Shown here piece by piece: positions 62,154 through 64,000 of a stretch of 64,000 nucleotides of DNA (the first letter of the stretch is position 1; the number at the start of each line of letters is the position of its first letter). Origin of the DNA: Escherichia phage vB_EcoM_KAW3E185; sequence record MK373782.1; one strand, written 5' to 3'. The notes under the pieces are model-generated. The model ran no database searches, was not told the origin of the DNA, and saw nothing but the letters and a program-made list of their open reading frames with translations. Made by a program: the position numbers and the translations under genes.

Positions 62154-62179
62154 GATGTTATCCTCTTTTAGATAGGACT

Positions 62180-62209
62180 ACTATATCATAGTCCTACTTA
62201 GTTGTAAAC
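62180..62209 (-). promoter_or_regulatory. Early promoter (GTTTAC-18-TATAGT)
   Basis: Consensus match; −10 inside the 8-bp palindrome taggacta…tagtccta. Confidence 0.5.
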
Positions 62210-62221
62210 ACTTTTATGAAA

Positions 62222-62779
62222 TTAAAGATGAAGATACCACCCGTTGTAGTTGCTCTTGCGGACGATTTTCTTTAGGTCTTCATGGTCTCCCACGAACTTT
62301 ATAGAATAAGAGAAGACGTCGGGTGAGGTTTCTTTGACATCTAATATAATAATGCAATCTGCGACTCGATGGTTCAAGAAGGGCCCTATATTGATTCCAT
62401 TACCACCCGGATAATCACCACCGTATCCTGTGGTAACCGAAATCCATTTCGAATCCATCTGATGGGTCTTGACTTCGACACGCAACCCGCAGTATTTAGG
62501 ATGAGCTAACACGTCCCATGCATACGTGTACGGGTCTTCTACGTCTTCATTACCTTTATTAACATATCCGTCTAGCCAATTTGCTACTACATACTCTGCA
62601 AAGACTGCAACCTTACAACGTCGAACAACGTCTTCTTTTATTTGACCTGGATCTTGTTTCAACGAGTACCGAGCAGTGTCAGCAATCTTCACCTTCATTT
62701 CACTAGTCAAAAACTCATTCGACAGGATAAATGTCGGAAGACTCTTCAGCCTCAACAGCCCCAAGTTCGTCTTTACCAT
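62222..62779 (-). CDS. denB: Endonuclease IV
   Basis: 185 aa from MVKTNLG (SD GAGG upstream), matching T4 DenB length; the ORF-track start is 21 codons further upstream. Confidence 0.7.
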   Translation of the reverse strand: MVKTNLGLLRLKSLPTFILSNEFLTSEMKVKIADTARYSLKQDPGQIKEDVVRRCKVAVFAEYVVANWLDGYVNKGNEDVEDPYTYAWDVLAHPKYCGLRVEVKTHQMDSKWISVTTGYGGDYPGGNGINIGPFLNHRVADCIIILDVKETSPDVFSYSIKFVGDHEDLKKIVRKSNYNGWYLHL

Positions 62780-63002
62780 AGATACCTCTGATGTGTAGTT
62801 CGCCAAAATAAATGCGGTCACCTTCTTCAAGATATTCAGCATCTACAGGTGGGATTTCAATAACAACTTCGTCGCATTCTAACCAGCCGTAGTGTGCATC
62901 GCCAGGATGTTTTACCAATTTAGCACAATAAACTGATTTACACTTATGATGACCACGAAGATTAGCAATTTTGGATTCTGATACGTCAAATGGATGAATC
63001 AT
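62715..63002 (-). CDS. Hypothetical protein (denB.1-like), overlapping denB start
   Basis: 95-aa ORF with plausible composition; overlaps denB by about 65 nt in another frame. Confidence 0.4.
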   Translation of the reverse strand: MIHPFDVSESKIANLRGHHKCKSVYCAKLVKHPGDAHYGWLECDEVVIEIPPVDAEYLEEGDRIYFGELHIRGIYGKDELGAVEAEESSDIYPVE

Positions 63003-63011
63003 AATTACCCC

Positions 63012-63038
63012 TAAAGAAAAAAGGGGACCGAAGTCCCC
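63012..63038 (-). terminator. CUUCGG tetraloop terminator after rIIB
   Basis: ggggac-cgaa-gtcccc; minus transcript has a UUCG loop followed by UUUUUUCUUU. Confidence 0.6.
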
Positions 63039-63043
63039 AATTA

Positions 63044-63991
63044 TTATTCTGCAAATAATTCAGTAACGTCTGAAATTACTTCATAACGACAAGTACGCAT
63101 CTTAGCATCACCATAGTCGACTGGGATGGATACAACATCACGTGGATGAACTTTAACCTTAACAACTTTATCTGAGCTTGAACCAAAGTGGCGAATATAA
63201 GATTTAGCACAAACATGGAGACCGCGAGAACAGGTTTGAGTATCATCGTCGTTAACTCGAGTACGAGGCATTGAAACAACTTTACCTGGGGAGTTATCAA
63301 ATGTACCACTATAGCAGTCTAAATAGTCCTTACGAACTACTTTCCACGCATAGAAATGACCATCTTCAGTGATTTCAATATCGTTTGCAACCAAGAAGTC
63401 GAATAAACGTTGTACAGCTTTTTCGCTTGGGTTTTCTAACAGGTTTTCAAGGAATGGCAGATAGAATTTAAAGTCTTCACCTTTTTCCATAGAATCAATA
63501 ATACGATTAACCAGGCCAGAACGAATCTCTATACCTTGATAAAATAAACTACCACCTTCAATAACAACATTACCGTCAACAAACTTACTAATAGCTTTCT
63601 TGATGTTAATAAGTTCGACAGCTTTACTAAGGTTTCCTGCGACCAGATTAGCTTTAATTTCTTCAAAATTTGCATGACTTGATGGAGTCGCATTGTATGC
63701 TACGCGTCCTTCAATAATTGAAATAAATTTAGATGACGCGTTCCATACGATTTCAGGACGATGGCCGCCGATAATAGGTTCATCATTTTCTGGAACTTCT
63801 TCGATTACATAAGAGGCATCGTTTGCTTCAGGGACAACGCCTTCTGCTTTAAAATTCTTAACAATCTTACGAAGAGTATCTGTTGAAATGTCGAAGTAAT
63901 CGGCAATTTCTTTACGAGTCCATTTGCCTGATTCAACCAGGCCGTAAGCTTCTAACTGTTCTTCTTGGGACAAGCATTTGATATTGTACAT
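63044..63991 (-). CDS. rIIB: rIIB
   Basis: 315 aa; extensive identity to T4 rIIB (MYNIKCL…DDDTQTCSRGLHVC…). Confidence 0.9.
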   Translation of the reverse strand: MYNIKCLSQEEQLEAYGLVESGKWTRKEIADYFDISTDTLRKIVKNFKAEGVVPEANDASYVIEEVPENDEPIIGGHRPEIVWNASSKFISIIEGRVAYNATPSSHANFEEIKANLVAGNLSKAVELINIKKAISKFVDGNVVIEGGSLFYQGIEIRSGLVNRIIDSMEKGEDFKFYLPFLENLLENPSEKAVQRLFDFLVANDIEITEDGHFYAWKVVRKDYLDCYSGTFDNSPGKVVSMPRTRVNDDDTQTCSRGLHVCAKSYIRHFGSSSDKVVKVKVHPRDVVSIPVDYGDAKMRTCRYEVISDVTELFAE

Positions 63992-64000
63992 AATGTTTCC

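Overview
This window is a contiguous segment of a T4-like (T-even, Tevenvirinae) myovirus genome, running from the 3' part of the major capsid gene 23 to the start of rIIB, and it is essentially collinear with phage T4. Identifications rest on reading the supplied translations against T4 protein sequences and gene order recalled from memory; no database search was run. The plus strand carries the late structural blocks: capsid (23, 24), baseplate (51, 27, 28, 29, 48, 54), long tail fibre (34-38) and holin t. The minus strand carries early and middle genes: uvsY, alt, DNA ligase, the 30.x cluster, rIII, 31, cd, pseT, spanins, alc, rnlA, denA, nrdB, nrdA, td, frd, 32, 59, 33, dsbA, rnh, asiA, motA, 52, ndd, denB and rIIB. 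Promoters follow T4 rules: minus-strand early promoters (GTTTAC, 17-18 bp, TAnTAT), plus MotA-box middle promoters and TATAAATA late promoters. CUUCGG-type tetraloop hairpins punctuate the intergenic regions. The main departure from the T4 reference is a complete class-I DAHP synthase (AroG/F/H-like) between cd and pseT. Other notable points are a group I intron in nrdB with an intact HNH endonuclease while td is uninterrupted, a tandem 10-aa duplication in the gp37 tip, palindromes built into several early promoters, and several unannotated micro-ORFs. No tRNA genes or CRISPR arrays were seen.
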